Assembly (NCBI GenBank): GCA_964014485.1
Contig: CAXHAT010000067.1
Coordinates: 1-37,165 of the forward strand
Reading direction: 5' to 3'
Origin: an uncultured Deferribacteres bacterium
GTDB taxonomy: Bacteria > Zhuqueibacterota > Zhuqueibacteria > Zhuqueibacterales > Geothermadaptataceae
Length of the DNA stretch: 37,165 bases
Part shown: positions 1 to 7,565 of the stretch, piece by piece
How the letters are laid out: each line of letters begins with the position of its first letter
Position numbering within the stretch: the stretch's first letter is position 1
Translations under genes and position numbers: made by a program
Notes under the pieces: model-generated
What the model saw: only the letters and a program-made list of their open reading frames with translations
Told to the model about the DNA's origin: nothing
Databases searched by the model: none

Positions 1-128
1 CTGATTTGAGTTATCCACATTCTTTTTATCGCGCGTGCGCGCAGGCGGGAATGACCTGAAAATTGTTTTTTTGGACAGCCCGCTCCAAATTTTCATGTTT
101 CATCGTTTACCATGCATAACATCAGAAT

Positions 129-548
129 TTAAGCGCCCAGCATGGGTAGATGCTTGATTTTATGATAGACCAAAGCTAGAGAAACACAGTGCTTTACCGC
201 ATCGACCGGGATGTCGTCATTAACGCCTAAAACAACCGCGCGATTGCCTTCGAACCGGAACCGCTCCGGGTAAAGCTCGCGGAAAGTCTCGACCAATGCG
301 CTTTGGCAGTTAAAATAAAATGCGACTTGATCAGGCGACCGCTCTTTCCAATCCATGCGCACCGTGCTCCCGCCCTTCACAAGATAGCTCGGCTCGCCCC
401 ATTTCAGCGTTTCTTCCACTTCGCCGACGCCGTCCGTTTCCTGCGCCGTTTCAAGCACAAGCCGTCGCAGAAATAGCATTTTTTCGCGGACGCCGTCAGG
501 ATAGGCCTGGAATTTTTGTCGTACTTTAGGATCGGGTATGTTTTCCAT
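129..548 (-). CDS. DUF1801 (YdhG-like) domain protein
   Basis: 139-aa ORF with family-typical LRRLVLETA...ETLKWGEPSY...FNCQSALVETFRELY...FEGNRA. Confidence 0.85.
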   Translation of the reverse strand: MENIPDPKVRQKFQAYPDGVREKMLFLRRLVLETAQETDGVGEVEETLKWGEPSYLVKGGSTVRMDWKERSPDQVAFYFNCQSALVETFRELYPERFRFEGNRAVVLGVNDDIPVDAVKHCVSLALVYHKIKHLPMLGA

Positions 549-588
549 TCAAACAAAGCAGAAGTGTCAATGTTCGGTAATTTATCAC

Positions 589-646
589 GGAGTACAAAAC
601 TTCAGTTTTGCTTCCGTCCGCTTGCAAAACTGAAGTTTTGTACTCC
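589..646. repeat. Perfect 23-bp inverted repeat, REP/REPIN-like doublet
   Basis: GGAGTACAAAACTTCAGTTTTGC (589-611), a 12-nt spacer, then GCAAAACTGAAGTTTTGTACTCC (624-646). Each arm holds its own CAAAAC-TTCA-GTTTTG hairpin after a GGAG tetranucleotide. Confidence 0.85.
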
Positions 647-732
647 AAGTCGGCAAACATAATGAACCCCGCTTCGCATGTCAAACGCTTTGGAATGGTT
701 CACGCCGTGAAGCGCGCTCTGTCCGCTTTGGT

Positions 733-761
733 TTGAAATCGCGTTCGAGATTGTTCATACT
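733..761 (+). promoter_or_regulatory. Putative sigma70-type promoter for yfcC
   Basis: TTGAAA (733-738), 17-nt spacer, CATACT (756-761), about 40 nt upstream of the ATG at 804. Confidence 0.4.
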
Positions 762-803
762 TGGCAGCAAATCGGATTGACGCATTCAAACAAAGGAAGC
801 CGG

Positions 804-2219
804 ATGAACTTTCTGAAACGATTTCAAGCGCCAAATACATACATCATTATTTCAACCATTCTTCTTATCGTCGGCCTGCTCACCTGGATTGTCCCCGGCG
901 GCGAGTTCCAGCGGCAAGAAGTGACGTTCGAAGACAGCGGCATGACCAAGGAAATCGTCGTGCCCGAATCCTTTCAAAAGATTGAAAATAAGCCGCAAGG
1001 CCTGCTTATTTTAACCGCCCCGTTTCGCGGCTTTGTGGACGCGGCGGACATCGTTGCGTTCATCCTGATCGTCGGCGGCGCCTTCTCCATTTTCCAACGC
1101 ACCAAAGCTGTAGACGCTGTGATTCACAACATTGCGCGCGCGCAAGAAAACAACCCGGCGCTGCGGCGACTGACCATTCCGATTTTCATGATCATATTTT
1201 CGCTTGGCGGCGCCACGTTCGGGATGAGCGAAGAGACGATTCCGTTCGTGCTCATTTTCATTCCGTTGGCCTATTCCCTCGGCTATGACGGCATCACCGG
1301 CGTCGCCATCCCGTACATCGGCGCGCACGTGGGATTTGCGGCGGCATTTTTAAATCCGTTCACTTTGGGCATCGCCCAGGGCATCGCGGAATTGCCATAT
1401 TCTTCCGGCTTGGGGTTTCGCGTTTTTTGCTGGGCGGTCTTGACCGGAGCCGCGATTGTTGTCGTCTCGCGCCACGCGGAACGCGTGAAAAAAGACCCAA
1501 AATTGAGCCCAACTTATGAACTTGACGTCGAACGTCGGAAAACGATGGGGCTTGATTTATCCGACGACAACAACAAGCTCACGGGGCAGCACAAACTCAT
1601 CCTGACGGCGTTCGGCCTCGGCATGGCGGTCATGGTTTTTGGCGTGGTAAAATTCGGCTGGTACATTGCGGAAATCGCCGCAGTCTTTTTGGTAACCGGA
1701 ATTGTCGTCGGCTTGATCGCCAGAATGCGCGGCGACGACATCATCGGCGCGTTTATCGACGGTTCCAAAATGCTCATCGGCACGGCCATGGTCATTGGTC
1801 TTTCCAGGGGCATTGTGCTCGTCGCGCAGGACGGCAAAATTCTCGATACGATTTTGTTCTGGCTCGCTTCCGGCGTGCAAGACGTGCATCCGACCATTTC
1901 AGCGCAAGTCATGTTTTACGTTCAGTCGGGGCTCAACTTTTTCGTGCCTTCCGGCAGCGGTCAAGCGGCGCTGACCATGCCGATCCTCGCGCCGCTTGGC
2001 GATCTTATCGGCGTTTCGCGCCAAACGACCGTGCTCGCCTACCAATTCGGCGACGGCTTCAGCAACATGATCTGGCCGACCGCCCCTGTACTTCTGGGCG
2101 CACTTTCCCTCGCCAACATCCCCTGGGATCGCTGGATACGCTGGGCCTGGAAAGCACAATTGGTTTTTCTAATCCTGGGAATGCTCTTGCTCATTCCAGC
2201 AGTCTTGATGGATTGGTGA
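804..2219 (+). CDS. yfcC: YfcC/DcuC-family transporter (putative basic amino acid antiporter)
   Basis: Multi-TM ORF with LTWIVPGGEF, GMSEETIPF, LNPFTLGIAQGIA, NFFVPSGSGQAALTMPI and AYQFGDG. Start moved to ATG 804, which follows an AAAGGA RBS. Confidence 0.9.
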   Translation: MNFLKRFQAPNTYIIISTILLIVGLLTWIVPGGEFQRQEVTFEDSGMTKEIVVPESFQKIENKPQGLLILTAPFRGFVDAADIVAFILIVGGAFSIFQRTKAVDAVIHNIARAQENNPALRRLTIPIFMIIFSLGGATFGMSEETIPFVLIFIPLAYSLGYDGITGVAIPYIGAHVGFAAAFLNPFTLGIAQGIAELPYSSGLGFRVFCWAVLTGAAIVVVSRHAERVKKDPKLSPTYELDVERRKTMGLDLSDDNNKLTGQHKLILTAFGLGMAVMVFGVVKFGWYIAEIAAVFLVTGIVVGLIARMRGDDIIGAFIDGSKMLIGTAMVIGLSRGIVLVAQDGKILDTILFWLASGVQDVHPTISAQVMFYVQSGLNFFVPSGSGQAALTMPILAPLGDLIGVSRQTTVLAYQFGDGFSNMIWPTAPVLLGALSLANIPWDRWIRWAWKAQLVFLILGMLLLIPAVLMDW

Positions 2220-2222
2220 TTC

Positions 2223-2351
2223 GTGAGAGGGAGACTTTGTGAGAGGGGAATCGGGTGAATGGGAGAAAAAAACGCAACATTCTTTACCCGCCCGTCTGCT
2301 TATACACTCTCCCTTTCACCCAATCTCCCGCTCACCACTTCTCCCGCTCAC
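2223..2351. repeat. Periodic palindromic element upstream of the four-helix-bundle gene
   Basis: Three purine-rich units at 16-bp period (GTGAGAGGGAGA 2223, GTGAGAGGGGAA 2239, GTGAATGGGAGA 2255). Three complementary units follow at 16-bp period (TCTCCCTTTCAC 2308, TCTCCCGCTCAC 2324 and 2340). Confidence 0.85.
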
Positions 2352-2367
2352 AAAATAGGGGTTAAAA

Positions 2368-2754
2368 ATGTCTCAGCGAATCAAGAGTTTCTATGAATTG
2401 GAAGTCTATGCGTTGGCTTACAAATCTGCGATGGCGATTTTTCGAATAACCAAGAGTTTCCCAAAAATTGAACGCTATTCCCTCGTCGATCAGATTAGAA
2501 GGTCTTCAAGATCAGTGACGGCAAATATTGCTGAAGCCTGGCACAAACGACGTTACCCGGCGGCTTTTATTAGTAAACTCAACGACGCTGAGGCGGAAGC
2601 GGCGGAAACACAAAACTGGATTTTTTACGCCTGCTCCTGCGATTATTTGGATAATGACGAAAAAGAAAAACTCATTCGAGATTATGATTTTATCATCGGC
2701 AAGCTTGTGATTATGATGAATTCACCTGAGAACTGGACTATATCAAAGAAATGA
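2368..2754 (+). CDS. Four helix bundle protein (23S rRNA intervening-sequence protein / Avd-like family)
   Basis: 128 aa with SFYELEVY, FPKIERYSLVDQIRRSSRSVTANIAEAW and LNDAEAEAAETQNW. Confidence 0.92.
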   Translation: MSQRIKSFYELEVYALAYKSAMAIFRITKSFPKIERYSLVDQIRRSSRSVTANIAEAWHKRRYPAAFISKLNDAEAEAAETQNWIFYACSCDYLDNDEKEKLIRDYDFIIGKLVIMMNSPENWTISKK

Positions 2755-2863
2755 GAGGGTGAGCGGAAGTTTCGGCAAATGGGAGAAAATGTAGAATCTC
2801 GCAACGTTGTTTTACCCACTCGTCCGCTCACCCCGCCTCCCTATCTCAAAATCATCCTCTCAT
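2751..2863. repeat. Palindromic element downstream of the four-helix-bundle gene; diverged direct copy of 2223-2351
   Basis: ATGAGAGG (2751-2758) pairs with CCTCTCAT (2856-2863), and GGGTGAGCGGA (2757-2767) pairs with TCCGCTCACCC (2823-2833). It shares AATGGGAGAAAA, CGCAAC and TTTACCC in the same order with the upstream element. Confidence 0.8.
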
Positions 2864-2871
2864 AGAAAAAT

Positions 2872-3510
2872 ATGGCTTATCAAAACAGAGTGGCGCCGGA
2901 CGGCGAGATTATTTCAACAAAAGCTCGCGGCGCATTCATGGGCAATCGCGGGCGGCTACATAATTCGGAAAAGCGAATCGTTCGACCGTGGGCCGGAAAG
3001 GCCTGGATTACCTGCTTGCTCGAATTCAAAGGTCGTCATCGCGAGATTATGGCGGCGAACAGCTACACCGAGCTGTTTTTTCTCGATGAAGCGACAGCAT
3101 TTTCGGCGGGACACAGGCCGTGCGGCGAGTGTCGTCGGCAAGATTTTCTGCGTTTTAAGAACATGTGGCGAGCAGCAAACCCCAGGAAGGCGATCGGCGA
3201 ATCGATCAAAACTATTGATGCGGTTTTGCACCAGGAAAGAATCGGAGCGAATCGTCAAAAAAGGACTTTTCAACAGCATTTGGGAGAATTGCCGGACGGC
3301 GCGATGTTTTCATTTTCTGACAGACGCGCCTATTTTTACATGGTCTGGCAAAATCAAATTTTCGAATGGTCGTCCTTTGGATACAAAACCCCAAGAAGCG
3401 CTGACTCAAACGCCGTCGTGAATGTCTTGACCCCCAAATCTATCATCCGAATGTTGAGCCAGGGTTATGCTCGCAATCTCAATTTCCCAGCTTTAGCCAA
3501 ATCTGAATGA
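2872..3510 (+). CDS. Conserved hypothetical protein with an Ada-like AGHRPCxxC metal-binding motif
   Basis: 212-aa ATG-started ORF with QNRV...MGNRG...WITCLLEFKG...YTELFFLDEATAFSAGHRPCGECR. Confidence 0.75.
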   Translation: MAYQNRVAPDGEIISTKARGAFMGNRGRLHNSEKRIVRPWAGKAWITCLLEFKGRHREIMAANSYTELFFLDEATAFSAGHRPCGECRRQDFLRFKNMWRAANPRKAIGESIKTIDAVLHQERIGANRQKRTFQQHLGELPDGAMFSFSDRRAYFYMVWQNQIFEWSSFGYKTPRSADSNAVVNVLTPKSIIRMLSQGYARNLNFPALAKSE

Positions 3511-3610
3511 TCTTCAAAAGCGCCTTGCCGTTGCTCATGATTTTCTCATGAAAAGGGTGCGCCGCCTCCTGCCGCGTTCACACCATTCATCCCCGCCTAC
3601 TGCTCAAACC

Positions 3611-4174
3611 TCAATAAATGAATGGAATCAATCTCTTGGTATTTTCTTTATACTTCCGGTACGCATCCTGGAATTCTTCCGCCAACAAACTTTCCTCCAA
3701 CCTGATTCTGTACAGAAAAATCGGGATTTGAACCAACATGATCAAGAAGCCATACAAGCTTGCCGCATAAACCGGCATACCGATAAAAACGATCAAGACT
3801 CCCAGGTAAATTGGATTGCGGGTGAAGCGATAGACGCCGTGCGTGATAAGTTGGTGACCTTTCTTAATAACGACAAAGCTCGAATAATTCCGCCAGAGCG
3901 TAGCCTGACCGCTGACCATAATCGTCAACCCCGTCAAAATAAGCGCTATGCCTGCAACCTGCCGCCAGGGAAGCACAGATGCGCTTTGCGGATGTTTGAC
4001 TATTCCCCAAACGGTTCTCCAAAAATCCGACACGCCGACGCCATAAATTTCGCAAAAGATCAACTCCAACAAAAAGACCGCAATAAAGGGCACAGCGAAA
4101 AAGAGCATGTCTTTTCTTATCGCGTTTCGAATGATTCCGAATCTCTCAAGCAATTTTTTTCGCCGACGATTCAT
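3611..4174 (-). CDS. Isoprenylcysteine carboxylmethyltransferase (ICMT/Ste14) family membrane protein
   Basis: HQLITHGVYRFTRNPIYLG, RIRLEESLL and YRKYKENTKRLIPFIY. Start codon uncertain. Confidence 0.88.
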   Translation of the reverse strand: MNRRRKKLLERFGIIRNAIRKDMLFFAVPFIAVFLLELIFCEIYGVGVSDFWRTVWGIVKHPQSASVLPWRQVAGIALILTGLTIMVSGQATLWRNYSSFVVIKKGHQLITHGVYRFTRNPIYLGVLIVFIGMPVYAASLYGFLIMLVQIPIFLYRIRLEESLLAEEFQDAYRKYKENTKRLIPFIY

Positions 4175-4356
4175 ACCCCAACTCCAAGCTCTTCCAAATT
4201 TCGTTTGCTTTGGTTTAGTGCAAAATCAGAAAAATTCACCATGCATCGAAACAGAATTCCAGACTTAGGTCGTTGCCCTTAGCAGACTGAGAATACAATG
4301 AAAATAATTATTAAACCGACATTCCGCACATTAGATGGAGATACAGGCCATTTCCT

Positions 4357-4491
4357 TTTCTCATTCGCACCGTCCTTCAGGGCGGTGACAAGAGCGTCAT
4401 TCCCGCCTTCTCCCCGCCCACCTGTGCGGCGGGGAGAAGATGAGAGTGATTTTACCAAAACCCCGGCTTGAAAGCCAGGGCTAATGAGAAA
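4357..4491. repeat. Composite REPIN-like element: two inverted REP-like palindromes around a central hairpin
   Basis: Termini TTTCTCATT/AATGAGAAA. Palindromes CACCGTCC-TTCA-GGGCGGTG (4368-4387) and CCCCGGCT-TGAA-AGCCAGGG (4461-4480). Perfect 12-bp central stem CTTCTCCCCGCC/GGCGGGGAGAAG (4407-4439). Confidence 0.75.
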
Positions 4492-4847
4492 CAAAATCAG
4501 GCGCGCAAATATATTGCAAATATGCCAAAATCGTCGAAAAAGCATCCCGGCAATAAATGATTTTAAATCCGCCGATTGACGTGCGGAATGTCGGACAAGA
4601 TGCGCTTATGAAAGCATATTCCCTGAAATCATCATTGTTTGATTTTAGTCTTTTCTTGCTGTCAGCCAAGCAGTTCTGGTCTGAACCGCAAGTTCGTTTC
4701 ATCCAACGCCGCCGACTTCAGTGAAAAAGGGAACTCTTCGAGCAAAAAAGTAAATTTCGGCTCCATAGGTTTGCTTCGACGCGGAAAACTTCTTACTCGT
4801 TGTTATAAAGAAGCCCAAAATTCTAACAGAATCGTTTGGCGGATGAG

Positions 4848-5999
4848 ATGATTTCCAATCCATTGACCGTTTTCTTTGTTCTTGCCGGGATCGTTTTTGT
4901 CGCGCTGCAGCTTGAGGCGCGATACAAGCTATTCCGGTCTCTTGGTGCGGCCCTGGTCGGCATTCTCCTGGGTATGCTGCTTTCCAATTTGAACGTGCTC
5001 CCCGGCGCTTCCGAAGCTTATGCGTTTTTGGTCGGGCCCGGAGTCAGCGCGGGGATTGTGCTGATCTTGCTCAGCGTCGATTTGACCTCGATTCGAAAAG
5101 CCGGTCCGGTCATGTTGAAGGCGTTCGCTCTGGGCGCGGTTGGAACAGCCCTAGGCGCTATGATCATGGGATTTTTGCTCTCATCTTCAATCGGGCCGGA
5201 AACGTGGAAATTGGCGGGACAATATGCCGGCACTTACACCGGGGGCGGGCTCAATTTCGCCGCCGTCGGGCAGGCGGTCGGCACCAGCAGCGATCTTTTT
5301 ACGGCCGGGATTGCCGCCGATGTGATCGTCACGGCGCTTTGGTTGTCCGTCTGCCTGGCGGCGCCTTTATTTTTAGGCGGCGGAAAAAACGAGCAGCCGC
5401 AAGCCCCGGAAACGGAGAATTCAGAACTGGGCGAGCAACCGTTTACGCTCGAACGATTGCTCTACATCAGCAAAAATCAAATTCCGATTGTTCATGTCGC
5501 CGCCTTTGCAGCGCTTGTTCTCGGCTGTCTTTGGCTCGCCGACGTGTTAGCAACAAACTTCTCTTTCCTCCCCAAAATCCTTTGGCTGACGACTGTCACT
5601 TTGCTCGTCGCCCAACTGCCGGCGATTAAAAGGCTTTCGGGCGGCGCCATGCTCGGCAACTACTTGATCTTGCTGTTTTTGGCGAGCAACGGCGCGCAAT
5701 CCGTGGTCGCCAATATCGTCAAAATGGGGCCTTCCGTGTTCTATTTTGCGTTTGGCGTCGTCACGATTCACGGGATATTCTTGTTCGGCGTTGGGCGGCT
5801 TTTGCGCATTGATGCGAGCGTTCTCGTAGTCGCGTCTCAGGCCAATGTCGGCGGCCCGGCCTCAGCAATGGCGATTGCCAGCGCGCGGCGCTACAGCGAT
5901 AGCCTGCTTCCCGGAGTTGCGGTCGGGCTGTTGGGTTATGCTGCGGGGAACTATCTCGGCCTTGCGGTCGCGTCGCTGATGCAAAATGCGCTCGGATGA
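4848..5999 (+). CDS. DUF819 family membrane protein
   Basis: Multi-TM ORF with GTYTGGGLNFAAV, ASQANVGGPASAMA and GLLGYAAGNYLG. ATG 4848 is preferred over TTG 4836. Confidence 0.88.
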   Translation: MISNPLTVFFVLAGIVFVALQLEARYKLFRSLGAALVGILLGMLLSNLNVLPGASEAYAFLVGPGVSAGIVLILLSVDLTSIRKAGPVMLKAFALGAVGTALGAMIMGFLLSSSIGPETWKLAGQYAGTYTGGGLNFAAVGQAVGTSSDLFTAGIAADVIVTALWLSVCLAAPLFLGGGKNEQPQAPETENSELGEQPFTLERLLYISKNQIPIVHVAAFAALVLGCLWLADVLATNFSFLPKILWLTTVTLLVAQLPAIKRLSGGAMLGNYLILLFLASNGAQSVVANIVKMGPSVFYFAFGVVTIHGIFLFGVGRLLRIDASVLVVASQANVGGPASAMAIASARRYSDSLLPGVAVGLLGYAAGNYLGLAVASLMQNALG

Positions 6000-6004
6000 A
6001 ACTA

Positions 6005-6097
6005 CTCCTTCCCAAACTCCGGTTTCAAGCCAAGGAATGCACTCGAAACAGGAGTTTCGAGTGCAAGTGCGCTCCCAATCCCAAGATTGGGAGCGAG
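6005..6097. repeat. Multi-hairpin REP-like element
   Basis: Stems TGCACTCGAAAC/GTTTCGAGTGCA (6038-6065) and CGCTCCCAATC/GATTGGGAGCG (6070-6095). The left end CTCCTTCCCAA is a 2-mismatch inverted copy of the right end. Confidence 0.75.
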
Positions 6098-6167
6098 AAA
6101 CATTGCTGTACAATCAGGCCTAAAGAATAAAAAGATGTCTCCAGAACAACAAACAGTCAGGCAATCA

Positions 6168-6460
6168 ATGAAAACAGCTTCCAAAGAACGTGTGGTTATC
6201 GTGGCTGAACAAAATCGCGGATTGGCGAAGCGCTGAGGTCGCGCATGCGCAAGGAAAACCTGATTCATCGCGCGACTTATATTCTAGTTTTTAACAGCAA
6301 GGGCGAGCTTTTTCTGCAAAAACGCACAAAGACCAAGGATGTTTATCCGGGCTACTATGATCCAGTTGCTGGAGGCGTGGTGACGATTGGAGAAGATTGT
6401 GAAACTTTCGCCAAAAAGGCATTTAGCGGAAGCCTGCGGTCGAGAAAGTCTTTCAAATAA
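6168..6460 (+). pseudogene. NUDIX hydrolase (YfcD/IPP-isomerase-like) pseudogene, frameshifted and truncated
   Basis: ERVVIVAEQNR, frameshift near 6219-6221, IGEALRSRMRKENLIHRATYILVFNSKGELFLQKRTKTKDVYPGYYDPVAGGVV, second frameshift in the A-run at 6413-6417, then AKRHLAEACG (decayed Nudix box). The C-terminal half is absent. Confidence 0.8.
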
Positions 6461-6462
6461 CA

Positions 6463-7218
6463 TTACACAGAATCCTTCGCACGAGTTCGGCAATTCAGGT
6501 AGAATTTGTCTTTGAATGTGCGGCCGTTGACATCTTTGCGTGAAATCCACTTTGGATCCTTGTCCGGTCGTAAGAGCAGCACATCAATAGCGCCGCCAAT
6601 TGTTGGATGGAGCCTGTTCTGTTTGAATGAAATAGCGTTGACTGCTTTGAAAACTTCAAGGAGGTAGTCAATTGTTCGCTGGTTTGAACTCTTTGGGACA
6701 TAATTTGGAATATTGCGCTTTGCAGCTTCGCATGCTTCATCGATATACTCATCGTCACCTATTGAACCGATGGCATCTCTTAAATAGAGCCTGTCCATCT
6801 CGAATTCGGGCGAACGGCTTTTCCATATGCTGGGAACCATATCACCGCGTTGGAACAAGTATGCCGAAACAACTACTTCAAATTCAGGGATTTTGCTAGA
6901 ATTAAATGCGGCCTCCGCACATAGTCGGAGCTCCTTCTTGAACTCTAATCCAGCCTGAAGATGGGAGTTGATTGGGAGTCTCTTTGGATTCCGTGTTAAG
7001 CGTTCCATCAACTTTAAACGCTTCGAGAAGTTACCGTCTTCGGTCGCAATTTGCCCCGTAATTCCAATCGCGGCGAATTGATATAAGTTAAACAGCTTAA
7101 AGCCGTTGTCCTCGATTTTTTTTCTTGGTTCGAAATGTTCCGGATAGTTCAAAATGAATCTACTGTCACTGGCCAACACTATCCCGGACGGTGTTTGCTG
7201 TACTAAAACTAAAGACAT
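6463..7218 (-). CDS. Proteasome beta-subunit-like (Ntn-hydrolase fold) protein with N-terminal Ser
   Basis: Strong AAGGAGG RBS. M-SLVLVQQTPSGIVLASDSR gives Ser1/Asp17 spacing; also DNGFKLF, AAIGITG, AIGSIG and C-terminal TIGGAIDVLLL. Confidence 0.65.
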   Translation of the reverse strand: MSLVLVQQTPSGIVLASDSRFILNYPEHFEPRKKIEDNGFKLFNLYQFAAIGITGQIATEDGNFSKRLKLMERLTRNPKRLPINSHLQAGLEFKKELRLCAEAAFNSSKIPEFEVVVSAYLFQRGDMVPSIWKSRSPEFEMDRLYLRDAIGSIGDDEYIDEACEAAKRNIPNYVPKSSNQRTIDYLLEVFKAVNAISFKQNRLHPTIGGAIDVLLLRPDKDPKWISRKDVNGRTFKDKFYLNCRTRAKDSV

Positions 7219-7565
7219 TGGCGCCTCCTTAGCTTCATTTTCGAGCTACATAAACACAACTCACAATATTACACTATAACTAATATTTCAACATATTACA
7301 ACACACGAGGGTTCATGGTTGATGAAATAGGCAGTTCATCCTTGAGCGTTTTTTTAGCTATGTCTTGGCGTTTAGTCTGCCCTCGAAATCATGCTTGATT
7401 CTAACAGAGTAAACGTTTCAAACCTGAATTACAACAGCAAGTTTTGAGAACCTAATCATCATGTTCTTCCAGTCTCAAATCGCTTGTCTCATCGGCGCGT
7501 TAGCATATTTTGAAAAGTTCTTGAGAAATCTGATTTCGCAATTTTCGGAAGGGAGGGATTTTTTG

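Noticed and set aside
11..19. Perfect DnaA box TTATCCACA
   Set aside because: Single copy at the window edge. About 0.3 hits are expected by chance in 37 kb on two strands, and there is no box cluster or dnaA gene, so oriC cannot be claimed without upstream sequence.
2223..2863. CRISPR array, integron attC cassette or DGR interpretation of the repeats
   Set aside because: No repeat-spacer alternation, no clear RYYYAAC/GTTRRRY ends, and no cas, intI, reverse transcriptase or TR/VR pair in the window.
3548..4282. 244-aa plus-strand ORF and many other overlapping ORFs in the track (e.g. 2807-3421, 11040-11687, 15116-15835)
   Set aside because: They are antisense or alternate-frame shadows of well-supported genes and show no family motifs.
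4279..4851. Small ORFs between ICMT and DUF819
   Set aside because: They are short, span the repeat element, and have no convincing RBS or recognisable domain.
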